From the IMG/VR virus record IMGVR_UViG_3300044645_002359, positions 124,001-188,000 of that record: a stretch of 64,000 nt of DNA; one strand, written 5' to 3'. Below the pieces are notes generated by a model. It worked only from the letters and a program-made list of their open reading frames with translations, was not told where the DNA came from and did not search any database. The position numbers and the translations under genes were made by a program. Shown here in pieces: positions 37,768 to 46,413 of this stretch. Every line of letters begins with the position of its first letter. Position 1 is the stretch's first letter.

Positions 37768-38127
37768 ATGTGGGGATCTTTCTTACAATCTGCTTATGAT
37801 TCTTTCCTGGAAGCGGCTATAGAAAAGTACGTTGAGAAAGTTGACAAAAATTCACTAGATTGCAATGACCCCCACGCCACTCCGAGTCACCCTACGAAAT
37901 CTCACATAGTTAAAGCGTGCTATCCTGGAGCCCCGAAAGGTGGCAAGCTGATTCGATTCGGTCAACAAGGTGTGAAAGGGTCGCCAAAGAAAGAAGGGGA
38001 ATCGGAGGCTTATAAAGCCAGACGAGAGGCTTTCAAGGCAAGACATGCTGCTAATATTGCGAAGGGTAAGTCTTCAGCTGCCTACTGGAGTAATCTGGAA
38101 GAATGGGCGGAAGACATTAAGTGGTAG
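37768..38127 (+). CDS. Conserved phage protein with G-S-F leader
   Basis: MWGSFLQSAYDSF; KSHIVKAC...KLIRFGQQG...RREAFKARH...SAAYWS domain seen in many aquatic phages. Confidence 0.6.
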   Translation: MWGSFLQSAYDSFLEAAIEKYVEKVDKNSLDCNDPHATPSHPTKSHIVKACYPGAPKGGKLIRFGQQGVKGSPKKEGESEAYKARREAFKARHAANIAKGKSSAAYWSNLEEWAEDIKW

Positions 38128-38159
38128 GGTATAATTCAGGTTGTAATCAACCTTAAACA

Positions 38160-38858
38160 ATGAAACACAACCACAGAATACTGCCCGGCCACATGGGAGG
38201 CGAGTACGTAGAAGGCAATGTTATACCTGTACAAGTAACTCAGTGTGACACTAACACTGCCAACCATGTAATGTGGCACTTTGCCAACTGGTGCCTTTAT
38301 GGTAAAGAAGAAGATCGAGCAGCCTATAAAGGTTTATCAGGTTGTTATAGTAAAGAAAAAATTATCGAGGAGAGGTTGAGACTAGCTGGTCAAATGCATG
38401 TCGATTCCGGCCACATTCAAGAAATAGGCAGGATTAACGGTAAGAGAGCCATGTCTCCGGGTGGATGGTTATACATGAACAGAATAGAATATGGGCGTTT
38501 AGGCTACAAATCAGGGATAGGAAAGTCGGAAAACAGGTTAACAGGGGAACAACTATCTGAGTTGGCTAAAAAGACTTGGAGAGAAGGGAAAGGTTTGGCA
38601 GCTTTAACTCCTGAGCAAAGAAGCGAAATAGGAAAAAGAGCTGGCAAAATTAGTGGACAAGTGAACAGAGAAAATAAAACAGGGGTTTGCGGAATTCCTC
38701 CAGAAGAACACTCCAAAAGAATGTCCGAAACGAACCGTCAAAAATGGCAATGTCCCGTGTGTGGTTTAATTGGTAATGCCAAGCAAATAAACGCGCATAT
38801 GGCAGCTGAACATAATCTCGATAAAAAAGCCAAAATTAAGTGTAACTCTAACCACTAG
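38160..38858 (+). CDS. Free-standing HNH-like endonuclease with C-terminal C2H2 zinc finger
   Basis: HNHRILPGHMGGEYVEGNVI...NHVMWH; EQRSEIGKRAG-type repeats; CPVCG...HMAAEH. Confidence 0.65.
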   Translation: MKHNHRILPGHMGGEYVEGNVIPVQVTQCDTNTANHVMWHFANWCLYGKEEDRAAYKGLSGCYSKEKIIEERLRLAGQMHVDSGHIQEIGRINGKRAMSPGGWLYMNRIEYGRLGYKSGIGKSENRLTGEQLSELAKKTWREGKGLAALTPEQRSEIGKRAGKISGQVNRENKTGVCGIPPEEHSKRMSETNRQKWQCPVCGLIGNAKQINAHMAAEHNLDKKAKIKCNSNH

Positions 38859-38891
38859 GAGGGTAAAGTTCACTGACAGCAATCTCTAAAC

Positions 38892-39515
38892 ATGCAAGGA
38901 AATTTCGGTATCCCAAATATAGACCACCTGGTAGAAGGAGTTCACTACCACATTGTAGATTGGGACTTTGCAGACCCTGCTCCTGCAGCCCCGACACCTA
39001 CCCCTCCTCACAATCCGGGTGAATCGTGCCCACCAAATCAAAAAATGGTCTTCGGGGTATGCCGCCGCGTGAATGCTAGCGGAGAACAACAAGTAGGAGA
39101 CGACACTGACCAGGAAAGATCCCTAAAAGACCAAGCTAAGAAAGAAGGCTCGGCTTTTGAGAATAACAAGGCAATGAGTGCCGGTGGTAAGAAGTACGGT
39201 TGGGCTATGAAAGGTGGAAAACCGGTAATGGTGGCTTGGGGATCTGTAGCAGGTGAGAAAAAAGTTGGGCTCAAGAAGCCTGCTTCTGCGGCTCCACCTA
39301 CCGCGCTCACCGGTTCCCCCGCTCCACGCGCTGGAGCATCCCCTGCACCCGCTAGAGCTGGTTCCCCAGCTCCAACTACAGCTCCAACAGCCCCAATATC
39401 AGCTACTGATAGAGCTGCTTATAACGCAGGAGGGGGCAATGCCGCAGCGCAAAGAGGCACGGGGCGAACTACTGAGCAAGTTATAGCTCAAGGTAAGAAA
39501 ATTTGGATAGACTAG
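38892..39515 (+). CDS. Pro/Ala-rich hypothetical protein with G-N-F leader
   Basis: MQGNFG; CPPNQKMVFGVCR motif; AGASPAP repeats. Confidence 0.6.
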   Translation: MQGNFGIPNIDHLVEGVHYHIVDWDFADPAPAAPTPTPPHNPGESCPPNQKMVFGVCRRVNASGEQQVGDDTDQERSLKDQAKKEGSAFENNKAMSAGGKKYGWAMKGGKPVMVAWGSVAGEKKVGLKKPASAAPPTALTGSPAPRAGASPAPARAGSPAPTTAPTAPISATDRAAYNAGGGNAAAQRGTGRTTEQVIAQGKKIWID

Positions 39516-39590
39516 ATCAGGGTAAGGGTAGGCGCTGATACGAATAAAGGGTAAGTTACAATTAACAGACATACTCTCCCCACTTGGCAA

Positions 39591-40112
39591 ATGTATAACC
39601 CAAGACCCTTAGACTTAGATACATTCTCAGAACAAGAGTTGCAAATCGAAGGGTACACTCATATGCCCACGGATTATTACAGGAACACCGTCATGGAGCC
39701 TGAAACCGTCTCCACATTAAGACCGAGTTTCGGAGAGTATGAAGCCATGGGAGAGAGGCACGAGGAAATCTCTTCTAAGATTGACTTACTCAATCAAGCA
39801 ATGAAACTTTCCCGTCAGAGGGGGGCTTTTCAAGAGTTGCAGAATCAAATGGCTGCCGTCAAGAAACTTGTAAAAGAGCGTGAAGAAATTGATGCAAAAA
39901 TGGCCACTGTTGACCTTGCCCGAAAGAAAACAGATGACCACAACATTGCTGCCGGTATGGAAACTTCTTACACAGAGCAACTGGATTCGGTAAACTCTCG
40001 CATCAACCGTTTACAAAAGCTTCTTCAGGACTTCAGTGAGTCCATGGGAGAAGGTGAGTTTGACTTTACTCGTAACGGTCGTAAAGGCAAAGCCTGTGAG
40101 GAGACACAATGA
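39591..40112 (+). CDS. Coiled-coil hypothetical protein
   Basis: 173 aa; several F/Y-x-E motifs; ends in degenerate KGKAC motif. Confidence 0.6.
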   Translation: MYNPRPLDLDTFSEQELQIEGYTHMPTDYYRNTVMEPETVSTLRPSFGEYEAMGERHEEISSKIDLLNQAMKLSRQRGAFQELQNQMAAVKKLVKEREEIDAKMATVDLARKKTDDHNIAAGMETSYTEQLDSVNSRINRLQKLLQDFSESMGEGEFDFTRNGRKGKACEETQ

Positions 40113-41389
40113 GGCGCTGCTCGAAAGGAAAAAGCTGCGGAGGAACTTGCATCAACCGCAACGTTAAATGCAGAGCCACTTTGTCTCCGAAAGTATCAAA
40201 GCAGGTTGAGGAAGCGGGCGACATCTTCCTCCGTTTGGTTAACGAGGATAAAAAACCGAGTTTGATTGTACAAAGGCTGATTGACGCCTTAGGGTTGGGC
40301 CCACTAACTCAAAGAGAAGTTGGCAATGACTTTCCCGTCTTAAAGAGGGAGGCAGAACGCCAACTCGCTGAGTTGCGCAGCCAACCCTCTATGACAGATG
40401 AGGAGATTGATCGGGCCAAACGACTTGAAATGGCTCTTATGGATGCTTGGGAAAAGCATACTAAGGCCGACCGCATGGTACTCTACGATCGACAGGACGC
40501 TCGAGAGTTTGACCATGATTTCATTCCTACCGACAAATTCGGCAAAGATTATGACTGGTCTCAGTCTTACGAATCTGGTGCCAAAGGTTTGGGCTCAGGA
40601 AGCTACGGAAACGTTATGCTCTCTAAACCACCACCGGCTCTTGTAGTGAAGAGAGGAGAAGTGAGTGAAAGTGAGGTTAAAATTCTAGAAAAGTTAAACG
40701 GTAAAGACATTTCTCCGAAGTTCGTTTCAGCGGAGGTCAACAAATACACCGTTATGGCGCGAGAAGGGGATATAGAATTCTACGAAGGAAGAATTGCAAT
40801 GACACGGGTTCCGGGTAAAGCCGTAGAAGATTTTGATGACAATGATCCCGCATACGGGACGAAGGTCGGAAGTACAACTCTTGGAGACGCTTATTTTCTT
40901 CTTCGTAGGAGACTTCACGAAAGCGGAGTTGCCCATAATGACTCTCACATAGAAAATGTCATTGTAGATAATAAGGGGAAAGCACGCTTCATTGATTTCG
41001 GGCTTTCTCAGGACGACCCTAGAGCAGCTCTATCAGAGGCCATTGGCATACTTGCAGATCGAAAATTGCTTCCTCAAGGTGTTGTACTAAAACGAGTTTT
41101 AGATGATTTTTCCGGGGACCGAAAAGGAAGGAAATATAAAGCTTACACCCAACCCATAAAAGACCTTCTTAAGGGTGGCACCAATACCAACCTCGAAAAG
41201 GTTGTTCGTAATCGCACTAAAGTATACGCAGAGCTTGCAAAGCTAGGTTTATCCAAGGATGAGATAGCTGAGCTTGTGGTTCATGAGTTAAACCAGCCCA
41301 TCAGCTCCTACAACAAAGGTGCCTGGTCCAAAGTAAGCAAAAAAGATGCAATGCGGATTATCCCCCTACTCTACGAAGGCGTAAATTAA
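40109..41389 (+). CDS. Ser/Thr protein-kinase-like protein with N-terminal 4-Cys motif
   Basis: RRCSKGKSCGGTCINRNVKC; Gly-loop LGSGSYGNV, VVK lysine, catalytic HNDSHIEN, DFG. Confidence 0.8.
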   Translation: MRRCSKGKSCGGTCINRNVKCRATLSPKVSKQVEEAGDIFLRLVNEDKKPSLIVQRLIDALGLGPLTQREVGNDFPVLKREAERQLAELRSQPSMTDEEIDRAKRLEMALMDAWEKHTKADRMVLYDRQDAREFDHDFIPTDKFGKDYDWSQSYESGAKGLGSGSYGNVMLSKPPPALVVKRGEVSESEVKILEKLNGKDISPKFVSAEVNKYTVMAREGDIEFYEGRIAMTRVPGKAVEDFDDNDPAYGTKVGSTTLGDAYFLLRRRLHESGVAHNDSHIENVIVDNKGKARFIDFGLSQDDPRAALSEAIGILADRKLLPQGVVLKRVLDDFSGDRKGRKYKAYTQPIKDLLKGGTNTNLEKVVRNRTKVYAELAKLGLSKDEIAELVVHELNQPISSYNKGAWSKVSKKDAMRIIPLLYEGVN

Positions 41390-41550
41390 TGAAAAATGAT
41401 CAAAAGTATTTGGAGCTAATGGCTCTCTACAAAAAAGTTCGAGGTAACCCGGATAAAATTAAACAAGCAGACAAAGTGTTGGATGCGGCTCTGAAACTTG
41501 GTAAGAGTGGTGTGAGTCCAGACGCAAAAGAAGCAGCGAGATACCTCTGA
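41389..41550 (+). CDS. 53 aa helical protein coupled to kinase gene (not in ORF track)
   Basis: TAATG overlap; MKNDQKYLELMALYKKVRGNPDKIKQADKVLDAALKLGKSGVSPDAKEAARYL. Confidence 0.6.
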   Translation: MKNDQKYLELMALYKKVRGNPDKIKQADKVLDAALKLGKSGVSPDAKEAARYL

Positions 41551-41602
41551 GTCGGGGTAAAGATTAGGGTGCCCTTGCACACAGTCTTAAGCTCTTTAGC
41601 AA

Positions 41603-44600
41603 ATGTCAGCAAAACGAATAATCCTGAAGCGTTCTTCAATCGCAGGAAAGCGTCCAACTTCAGAAAACCTCTCTCCCGGCGAACTCGGACTAAATACGAA
41701 TAGCGTAGAACCGGGCATTTTCTTCGAAGCAACCGACGGTCAGATAGTCAAAGCGGGTCCTCCTGCTGTACTGCCTTACTCTCCAACCAACTTTCCTGAA
41801 AAGGGGGAATTGTGGTACGACCTGGAAGACGGAACCCTAAATGTAGGCGACGCTGAGAAACACTGGCGCACCGTAGCCGCTCCTTTCTTAGGGGGCGGAG
41901 GAAGCGTAGTATTTGTCGCGCCCGAGTTTGAGTACTCAACGGACTCTCTAAGGAATGACGGGCAAGCTCTGCCCTTCCAAACTCTAACCCGTGCAATACT
42001 TGAATTATCCAAAATATATATAAGCCGCGTTTTAACTGGCTTTTCAACTTCGGATGAGAGCAACCGCTACACAATTTTCCTATCGTCCTCAGTAATTACA
42101 GCGAACAACGGCCCAGGAGTCAGCCTTAACGACTTCACCGTAAATTTTTCCTCTTCAACAGAAACAGCGGTCACAATTCCACAACTCCAGCAGTTTAACC
42201 CTGTTGAAGGGGGTATTATGGTACCTTTCGGTATTTCCATCCGGGGCTTGGATCTGAAAAAGTGTATAATTTCTCCCTCTTACGTTCCAACTTACTTAAA
42301 CCCTTCCTTCCCTCCAGCTTCTCAGGGTGTAGACCAACCCCTGAGTTCAATCCTTAAGTGTGGAGGAAATGTTCTAGCCAACGACTTTTCTGTTATTGAT
42401 AAGTTGAGATCGAGAGTAGTAATTTCAGTATCGGATAAAAATGGCCTAGCCGTCTTTGACTCAGAAAGACCCCATTGCCTCGGCTTCAACGATCTTGTAT
42501 CCGTTAATTTTGAGCCCACCGTAGATCAGAGCACTGGAACTTTCACTGCTGGAAATTACTACGCGATACCACTAAACACTTATAGTTTCTACCTTTCCTA
42601 CGGCTCTCAAACTGAAAATCCTGCAGCGGAATACGTTCCATTCGCAGCTTTGCCACTTTCAGGTTCTGGTAAAACTCCTAAACTTTTAGTGACAAACACA
42701 CTCAAGTCGTCTCACAGGTTGAAAGTTTTTGAAAATGCTACTCTGGCAGACATTGGCGATTACTTCACAAAAGTACAAAGAGCTTTTCCAGACTTCTTTG
42801 GTGGCAGAGTTACAGAGGGTTCTAGTATAGTAAACAGCGGAGACTACGTAATTGTGGGTCCGGTTGATACTTATCCAAATAACGAAGGGTCCAACACAAC
42901 TAAAAACTCGTCTTTCTACGCAAATCAAGTTAACTTGAGATCTGAATACGGAATGAATTGGGGAGACTTTGATGGCTCCATAGTTTCCGGATTCAAGTCA
43001 GTGATCGCGAATGCTTGCACAGCGATTTCTCTTCAAAATGATCCTTGTGTGTACGAAATTTACACAACGTTGGTGAACCCTGCTACCGGACTCCCTGAGC
43101 AAAAGTGGTGGAATTTAACCGAAGCAAAGTTCTTGTCCACTCCTGTCGAACTTCGCCCCTCTTCAATAGCCGATGTTCCTGTTCCTGAACAGCTCTCTCT
43201 ACTCAACTCAACACCCATAAACAACATACGCTACTATTACAAGAACCTGACTGAACCTGGAGGGGCAAGCATAGGAATTGTTGACATTGAAAGAGATTTC
43301 CGGCACTTCGGGTTCAGAGTAAGGAACGGTGCCTACGGCCAATTCCAATCGGTTTACAGCATTGGACCCGCAATCGGTGTTTGGGCCTTGAATGGTGGTA
43401 TTTGTAGCTTAACAAATAGTACGACAAACTTCGGATCAGTTGCCTTTAAGACCGAAGGTTTCCTTGGAATTAACACCATTGGAGGGGCAAAGCCCAACGG
43501 AAAGGGTTTCGTTTTAGAGGGTGTTCAAAGACCTTTGGCGCTTCTGAAGTCACAAGTAGAGAGCCAAGATAATAAGAAAATTCTTTCTCTCGGTGGCAAA
43601 ATCTCCTCTATCTACATCGACCCTGAGGACCCGAACATACAAATTTTAGGGTTAAACTCGGACTTCTTACCTTGCTATTTGTTGCCTTATTCATTGGCAC
43701 CTGGCACTGCACTATGGGTAGAAACTGAGTCTTGTACCTACAGGGGTTTTCTAGCCACAGATGGCGGTCCCACAATTATAACAGGTTTGGGAGACCCCAT
43801 CAATTTCGCTAAGATTAGACTCAGATCTTCAGACAGCACTATTCCGAATGACGAAGGTCTTCTTCCAGTCTTGGGGGTTCCTTACATTAGAAGATTTATA
43901 GACCCGCGACTTGACTTTGAGAGGTCTTACAGTCTTTTTATTCGTAACACCCTTCCAAACGCAATCGCGCCCCAAGTCGGTTCAGTTCTGCGCCTAAACC
44001 AAACTAGCCAGCAACTGGGGTCTGTTTCATTGAGGCCCAACGTACAATTTGACCCTGGAATCTTGGGGGGATGGGGAAGAATTTTTACAGTCGACGCAAC
44101 CGAGACCGGTGGGCAAGGCTCTTCCCCCCAATTCAACTACGTTATAGGAGACAGCAACCAAGACCTTACCTATTACGTTGCTATTACGACCACGGATTAC
44201 AGTCGTCCCTGGGGGCAAGGTCCGAACTTTGATCTTCCCGCCGGTTCTTACACAACGTACAGGAATAGAAATTGGTACTCAGCCGAAAACAACCTATGGG
44301 GTTGTGTTTATTACGGAGATGCTTCTAGTTTCACTGATAGCTTCGGACCTTTCTCAGTCGCTCCTGTCGAATCTTGCTCACCCTTCGTAGATACGAGTGT
44401 TTTAGAGAGGCAAGACAGAGTCTCAGAGACTTTTCAAGGTTCTTATGCTGCGGATTCCTACCTAGCCTTGGAAGGTTATCTGGAACAAACATATTTTAGG
44501 GGGGCAACAGAGCCTTACCCAACTTACTCCTCTCAGAATGTATACGATGGAGACGATAGCACCGAAGGGTTAGGATTATGTTTGAAAGACTTGGCGGACG

Positions 44601-46372
44601 GCGAAGTAACTTACACCGTTTCAGAATTGGTAGAGATACAGTCAGAGCAACAGGCGACTTTGACTCCAGTTCCGCAAAGATACCGTCCCGCAATAGTAGA
44701 GTTCTCCGTTCTATCCTCGGTAAACATTGAAAACCCTCGTCAAACAGCTTCCGTCCTGAGACTCAGCTCTGTGTCAGGAGTTGAATACATTCGAGTGATA
44801 AATCTGAATGGAACCGTTGTTCGAGGTATTCGTTTAACCTATGAAAATGGCTACTACCCCACAACTTTACCAGGGAACGATTGGCCTCAACAAACCACAG
44901 TAACAGTTTGCAGTACAAATCCAATCCCTCAGACCGAACTTTACGATCCTGACTGGATAAACACGAAGAGGGCCGTATACCGATTCTTCGAAGTTATGGG
45001 ATACTCTCAAAGCGTCATGAAGCCTTATCTTACCCCGAAGTACTGGGGTGAACGTTTACTATCGGTACTCTCTTTAACCGGAAATCTTCCGATTAACGGG
45101 TATGCATTGACGACAGATAAGTGGCCCCTTGAGTTTAACCAGCCCTCGATTGTAATTGCAAACACTCACACTTGGGCTTACGCAGGGTACTACAATTATT
45201 CTCGTGGTCTCCCTGAGTTCCAGAGTAACGATTTCACGAGAAAGTTAGCCACGGACTACCAAGCTACAACTACATGGAGCGGAAGACTTACGGTAACAGG
45301 GGTGAACGACAAGGGAGAAATTGTACAGTTTGGTCCTCAGCGTCAGGCTCTCACTGCGAACTATTACGAATCTACTGCTCCAATTGTAAACCCGAGCAAT
45401 CAGCAAATCTATGAAGAACAACCTTATGTTGAATTCCCCTCACAAGTTGTTGTTTACTCTGCCGACGACTTCTCGTCAAGTTTCGATGGCTCTCAATCAA
45501 CTTTCGATTTAACTCGCAGTGGTTTAGCAATTCCTCCGGATCAGCTGCTTGCAGAGTCAATGTTAGTGACACTCGGTGCTTCCGTTCAAAAACCTTACCA
45601 AGACTACATACTTATTGGGAACAGAATTCAATTCACAACTCCCCCCGTAGCCGGTTTGTCGAGCAACGTTCGAATCATAACTAGCGTTGACTCAAGCCGA
45701 ACTCTAACGGTCGCTACATTAGCTTTCGTTGAAACCTTCGATGGGGCAAGAACTACTTTCACTGCTAATATTCCGTCTGATCCGGCTTCTCTGATCCCTT
45801 TGGAGATCACTGCTAACAACACTTTCGTTTTCTTGGGTGGCGTTGAGCAAATTCCTCTCTCAAATGTGAACCCTTCTCTACCGTTCTCGTACTCGGTAGA
45901 AAGAACTTCTCCAACGACAGTTCAATTCTCTTTCACAGGTGTACCTCCTACGGGCACTACTCTCGACGTGAGAGCTATTTGTTCTGGCTCCTACTGGTCT
46001 CTACGTTCAACTTTCCCTGTGGAAGTTTATTCCCTCGATGACATCAGCAGTGAATTTAATGGGGCTCAGACCTCTTTCACTCTGAAGTATGGGGGGAAAG
46101 TTGTAAACGCAGCGACTGTAACTGCTGATAACCTTCTGCTAAGCTTAGGGGGCGCCGTTCAGATTCCGGGAGTTTCTTACACAGTTGAAAACTCAGTTCT
46201 AACCTTCTTGGATTCCACGGATGCCCCTCAGCCCGATACTCTTGTGAACTTGAGGGTAATTACAAACGCCGAATTCATTTTCTGCCCAAACCAGGGTAAG
46301 TATGGAAGCAGCTTTTTGCGTTGGGGTCCTGGCATAGTCCTGACGTTGGCTAACGAAGCAGGCCTGCTGTGA
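41603..46372 (+). CDS. Large tail fibre/baseplate-associated protein (1589 aa)
   Basis: ILKRSSIAGKRP...PGELGLN N-terminus, beta-helix-like core, C-terminal FDGSQSTFDL/FNGAQTSFTL repeats typical of cyanophage virion proteins. Confidence 0.7.
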   Translation: MSAKRIILKRSSIAGKRPTSENLSPGELGLNTNSVEPGIFFEATDGQIVKAGPPAVLPYSPTNFPEKGELWYDLEDGTLNVGDAEKHWRTVAAPFLGGGGSVVFVAPEFEYSTDSLRNDGQALPFQTLTRAILELSKIYISRVLTGFSTSDESNRYTIFLSSSVITANNGPGVSLNDFTVNFSSSTETAVTIPQLQQFNPVEGGIMVPFGISIRGLDLKKCIISPSYVPTYLNPSFPPASQGVDQPLSSILKCGGNVLANDFSVIDKLRSRVVISVSDKNGLAVFDSERPHCLGFNDLVSVNFEPTVDQSTGTFTAGNYYAIPLNTYSFYLSYGSQTENPAAEYVPFAALPLSGSGKTPKLLVTNTLKSSHRLKVFENATLADIGDYFTKVQRAFPDFFGGRVTEGSSIVNSGDYVIVGPVDTYPNNEGSNTTKNSSFYANQVNLRSEYGMNWGDFDGSIVSGFKSVIANACTAISLQNDPCVYEIYTTLVNPATGLPEQKWWNLTEAKFLSTPVELRPSSIADVPVPEQLSLLNSTPINNIRYYYKNLTEPGGASIGIVDIERDFRHFGFRVRNGAYGQFQSVYSIGPAIGVWALNGGICSLTNSTTNFGSVAFKTEGFLGINTIGGAKPNGKGFVLEGVQRPLALLKSQVESQDNKKILSLGGKISSIYIDPEDPNIQILGLNSDFLPCYLLPYSLAPGTALWVETESCTYRGFLATDGGPTIITGLGDPINFAKIRLRSSDSTIPNDEGLLPVLGVPYIRRFIDPRLDFERSYSLFIRNTLPNAIAPQVGSVLRLNQTSQQLGSVSLRPNVQFDPGILGGWGRIFTVDATETGGQGSSPQFNYVIGDSNQDLTYYVAITTTDYSRPWGQGPNFDLPAGSYTTYRNRNWYSAENNLWGCVYYGDASSFTDSFGPFSVAPVESCSPFVDTSVLERQDRVSETFQGSYAADSYLALEGYLEQTYFRGATEPYPTYSSQNVYDGDDSTEGLGLCLKDLADGEVTYTVSELVEIQSEQQATLTPVPQRYRPAIVEFSVLSSVNIENPRQTASVLRLSSVSGVEYIRVINLNGTVVRGIRLTYENGYYPTTLPGNDWPQQTTVTVCSTNPIPQTELYDPDWINTKRAVYRFFEVMGYSQSVMKPYLTPKYWGERLLSVLSLTGNLPINGYALTTDKWPLEFNQPSIVIANTHTWAYAGYYNYSRGLPEFQSNDFTRKLATDYQATTTWSGRLTVTGVNDKGEIVQFGPQRQALTANYYESTAPIVNPSNQQIYEEQPYVEFPSQVVVYSADDFSSSFDGSQSTFDLTRSGLAIPPDQLLAESMLVTLGASVQKPYQDYILIGNRIQFTTPPVAGLSSNVRIITSVDSSRTLTVATLAFVETFDGARTTFTANIPSDPASLIPLEITANNTFVFLGGVEQIPLSNVNPSLPFSYSVERTSPTTVQFSFTGVPPTGTTLDVRAICSGSYWSLRSTFPVEVYSLDDISSEFNGAQTSFTLKYGGKVVNAATVTADNLLLSLGGAVQIPGVSYTVENSVLTFLDSTDAPQPDTLVNLRVITNAEFIFCPNQGKYGSSFLRWGPGIVLTLANEAGLL

Positions 46373-46413
46373 TTAAAGGGTAAAGTTCACTATATACGTT
46401 AGTTCTGAAAACA

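Noticed and set aside
39480-39540. Possible frameshift extending ORF 38892 (KKIWID* versus KKNLDRLDQGKGRR*)
   Set aside because: The alternative ending looks plausible, but there is no canonical slippery site and no homologue to test; too weak to call.
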